This document shows positions 22,634 through 24,363 of a stretch of DNA of 24,363 nt, piece after piece. A program made the translations under genes and the position numbers. Numbering within the stretch: the stretch's first letter is position 1; each line of letters starts with the position of its first letter. A model generated the notes under the pieces. It had not been told where the DNA came from and searched no databases. It saw nothing but the letters and a program-made list of their open reading frames with translations. The DNA is from a virus (Duplodnaviria > Caudoviricetes). The stretch covers positions 1 through 24,363 of IMG/VR virus record IMGVR_UViG_3300032309_000007, one strand, 5' to 3'.

Positions 22634-24205
22634 TTACGCCGCTATGGGCAACCAATTTGGTGTTTGTACATCATTAACCGGTATCCAGTTGGGGTTCTGA
22701 TTGGGGTTAATTTTACTCCAAATCAGTACTTTTCCAACACGGCCCTGCCCTTGAACCCCCGTTACAGCCACTACTTTTGAAATTCTTACTACAACACTGC
22801 CTACTGAACCTGTCGCCTGCTGACCTGTGAGCGGTATAAAGTTAACTGTCTTGGTCGTAATCTGACCAAGTTCAGAATCCCCTACAACCCCAGTTACCGG
22901 TACATTAGCCGCACCACTTTCATCAGTCTCACCTAACTTCGTTGCCCCAACAACCCCTATTGGATAGACATTAGCCTTACCAACTACAGTTAATTGACCA
23001 ATTTCACCAGAGCCTTCAACCCCAGTAACAGGTGCATTAGCACCGGCAGTTACAAACTCTTGCCCTAACTCAACCTCAGCCTGAAATCCAGCAGGCTCAA
23101 TCTCAGCGCCCGCAGCAACTCCAACTGGATCGAGTAATGCACTACCAACTACTCCAGTAAGTCGGACATTGGCTGTGGTAACAACAGTCTCATTCCCAAC
23201 CTGCCCAGTACCCTGAACCCCAGACACACGATACCCAACAGTAGCCCGTACAGTTCCAACTTGCCCAGTGGCTACAACTCCTGTTACAGGTACATTTTTA
23301 GGAATACTTGCTACAACAGCACCTACTAACCCTGTTGCTTGAACTCCAGTAAGTTGCACATTTGCTTTGGCACTTACTTCTTCCTCTCCAAGTTGACCAT
23401 TACCTTCAACGCCAACTGGGAACACATTAGCAAGAGTACGAATTGCAACAGAACCAACTTGACCAGTAGCGGTTACGGGATCTACGTTAAACCCACTAAA
23501 GTCTGCGCCCCAAGCGCCACGGCTCCACGGCCCCGAACCCCAACCGATGTAGTTAACATCGGTGCTAGTCTTTATTGTTCCTACACTTCCAGAACCTTGA
23601 ACTCCAGTAACGTAATAGGCAAATTCTTCCTCTTCCTCACCTATTGCGCCAGCACCTTGTACTCCAGTTGGGTATACGTTTGCTGAAATAGCAGACGAAG
23701 CAACCCCAGTTTCTCCAACTCCTTCAACACCAGTAGGCTGTACATTTATACCAATACTAAAGTCAACCTGCCCAACTTCACCTAAACCTTCAACACCTGC
23801 CGGAAATACATTAGCACCAGCGGTTACAGTTTCTTGCCCAAGTTCTACTTCAATCTGAAATCCAGCAGGTTCTACTTCACCTCCAGCGGCAACACCTACA
23901 GGGTCAAGTAATGCAGAGGCGTCTACCCCAACTGGGTATACGTTAGTCTCACCTACAACCGAAACGGTGCCAGTTTGGCCTGTTCCCTGAACCCCGGTTA
24001 AGAAGACATTTACTTCACCCGTTACATCCGCCGTACCAAGTTGGTCTGCGGCCTCAACCCCGGTTACAAAGACATTCGCTTTACCCGTAACGGCTACAGC
24101 ACCAACGGCACCAGTGGCTTGAACCCCAGTAACATTTACTAGAGCATTTGGATTACCTACACCAAAATCACCTTCCCCATAAGGACCTATGCTCCAACCA
24201 GCCAT
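22634..24205 (-). CDS. Val/Gly/Thr-rich tail-associated repeat protein (about 21 units of 22 aa), 523 aa
   Basis: Unit consensus NV.vTGV.atG.vG.v.v...A, two aromatic-Gly motifs, and a C-terminal W..I...Q..NW motif. AAGGA RBS. Confidence 0.85.
   Translation of the reverse strand: MAGWSIGPYGEGDFGVGNPNALVNVTGVQATGAVGAVAVTGKANVFVTGVEAADQLGTADVTGEVNVFLTGVQGTGQTGTVSVVGETNVYPVGVDASALLDPVGVAAGGEVEPAGFQIEVELGQETVTAGANVFPAGVEGLGEVGQVDFSIGINVQPTGVEGVGETGVASSAISANVYPTGVQGAGAIGEEEEEFAYYVTGVQGSGSVGTIKTSTDVNYIGWGSGPWSRGAWGADFSGFNVDPVTATGQVGSVAIRTLANVFPVGVEGNGQLGEEEVSAKANVQLTGVQATGLVGAVVASIPKNVPVTGVVATGQVGTVRATVGYRVSGVQGTGQVGNETVVTTANVRLTGVVGSALLDPVGVAAGAEIEPAGFQAEVELGQEFVTAGANAPVTGVEGSGEIGQLTVVGKANVYPIGVVGATKLGETDESGAANVPVTGVVGDSELGQITTKTVNFIPLTGQQATGSVGSVVVRISKVVAVTGVQGQGRVGKVLIWSKINPNQNPNWIPVNDVQTPNWLPIAA
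23035..23917. repeat. 109-nt internal duplication (23035-23143 and 23809-23917, offset 774 nt)
   Basis: SALLDPVGVAAGGEVEPAGFQIEVELGQETVTAGAN versus SALLDPVGVAAGAEIEPAGFQAEVELGQEFVTAGAN. Confidence 0.85.
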
Positions 24206-24233
24206 GATGTGTCCTTTAGGGAAGGTTTGTTAA

Positions 24234-24363
24234 TTAAGCGATACGAATAATTGCGTTTGATGCGTCATTGGTTGGGAAGATGATGGTGAAGTCACCGTCC
24301 GAAGCCGTTTTGTCTGCACCAAAGTCCAACACACAAACCGATGCATTGGTCAGCGTGGTATTA
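24234..24363 (-). CDS. Virion structural protein, C-terminal fragment
   Basis: My translation is ...NTTLTNASVCVLDFGADKTASDGDFTIIFPTNDASNAIIRIA*, with the stop at 24234-24236 and the frame open to the right edge. Confidence 0.75.
   Translation of the reverse strand, partial: NTTLTNASVCVLDFGADKTASDGDFTIIFPTNDASNAIIRIA

Larger units (their letters stand above)
1..24363 (-). mobile_element. Tailed dsDNA phage (podovirus-like) late/structural and lysis region
   Basis: Co-oriented, translationally coupled genes: ATGA or TAATG overlaps at 11448-11451, 12834-12837, 15343, 17719-17722, 19674, 20946 and 21405-21408. Products include tail fibre, tail nozzle, holin, endolysin and internal virion proteins. 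No host housekeeping genes are present. Confidence 0.95.

Noticed and set aside
12244-23686. Plus-strand and nested ORFs overlapping the structural genes
   Set aside because: They lie within or across well-supported minus-strand genes and have no independent evidence.
24206-24233. Small CCTT/AAGG hairpin over the RBS of the repeat-protein gene
   Set aside because: A 4-bp stem is too weak to distinguish from chance, and there is no U-tract for a terminator.

Overview
This window is the virion-morphogenesis and lysis arm of a tailed dsDNA phage, probably podovirus-like. All real genes are on the minus strand, tightly packed, with many stop/start overlaps. Reading right to left: a partial structural gene, a 22-aa-repeat tail protein, a collagen-containing tail fibre, a chaperone-like gene, a cupin, a 2OG-Fe(II) oxygenase, a Zn-ribbon protein, a TM protein, an HslV-like Ntn protease, a metallophosphoesterase, a 48-aa membrane protein, a holin, an M15 endolysin, a tail nozzle, a small tail protein, three putative ejection proteins with a GNAT among them, and a giant ORF of at least 3300 aa (9900 to the left edge). 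The ORF track missed the giant ORF because it has no stop in the window. My hand translation shows a polyvalent protein: zincin HExxH peptidase, HhH-GPD glycosylase-like domain, possible SAM-lyase-like domain, three ADP-ribosyltransferase-like domains, a BECR RNase-like domain and a C-terminal LPD38-like domain, mostly separated by a recurring (K/R/Q)-(Y/F/L)-S-(L/I/F) linker. At the DNA level, by manual scan, the palindrome GTTTAAAC occurs 18 times (about 0.5 expected), AGCT and CGCG are absent, and CCWGG occurs once. All family assignments come from motif recognition, not database searches.
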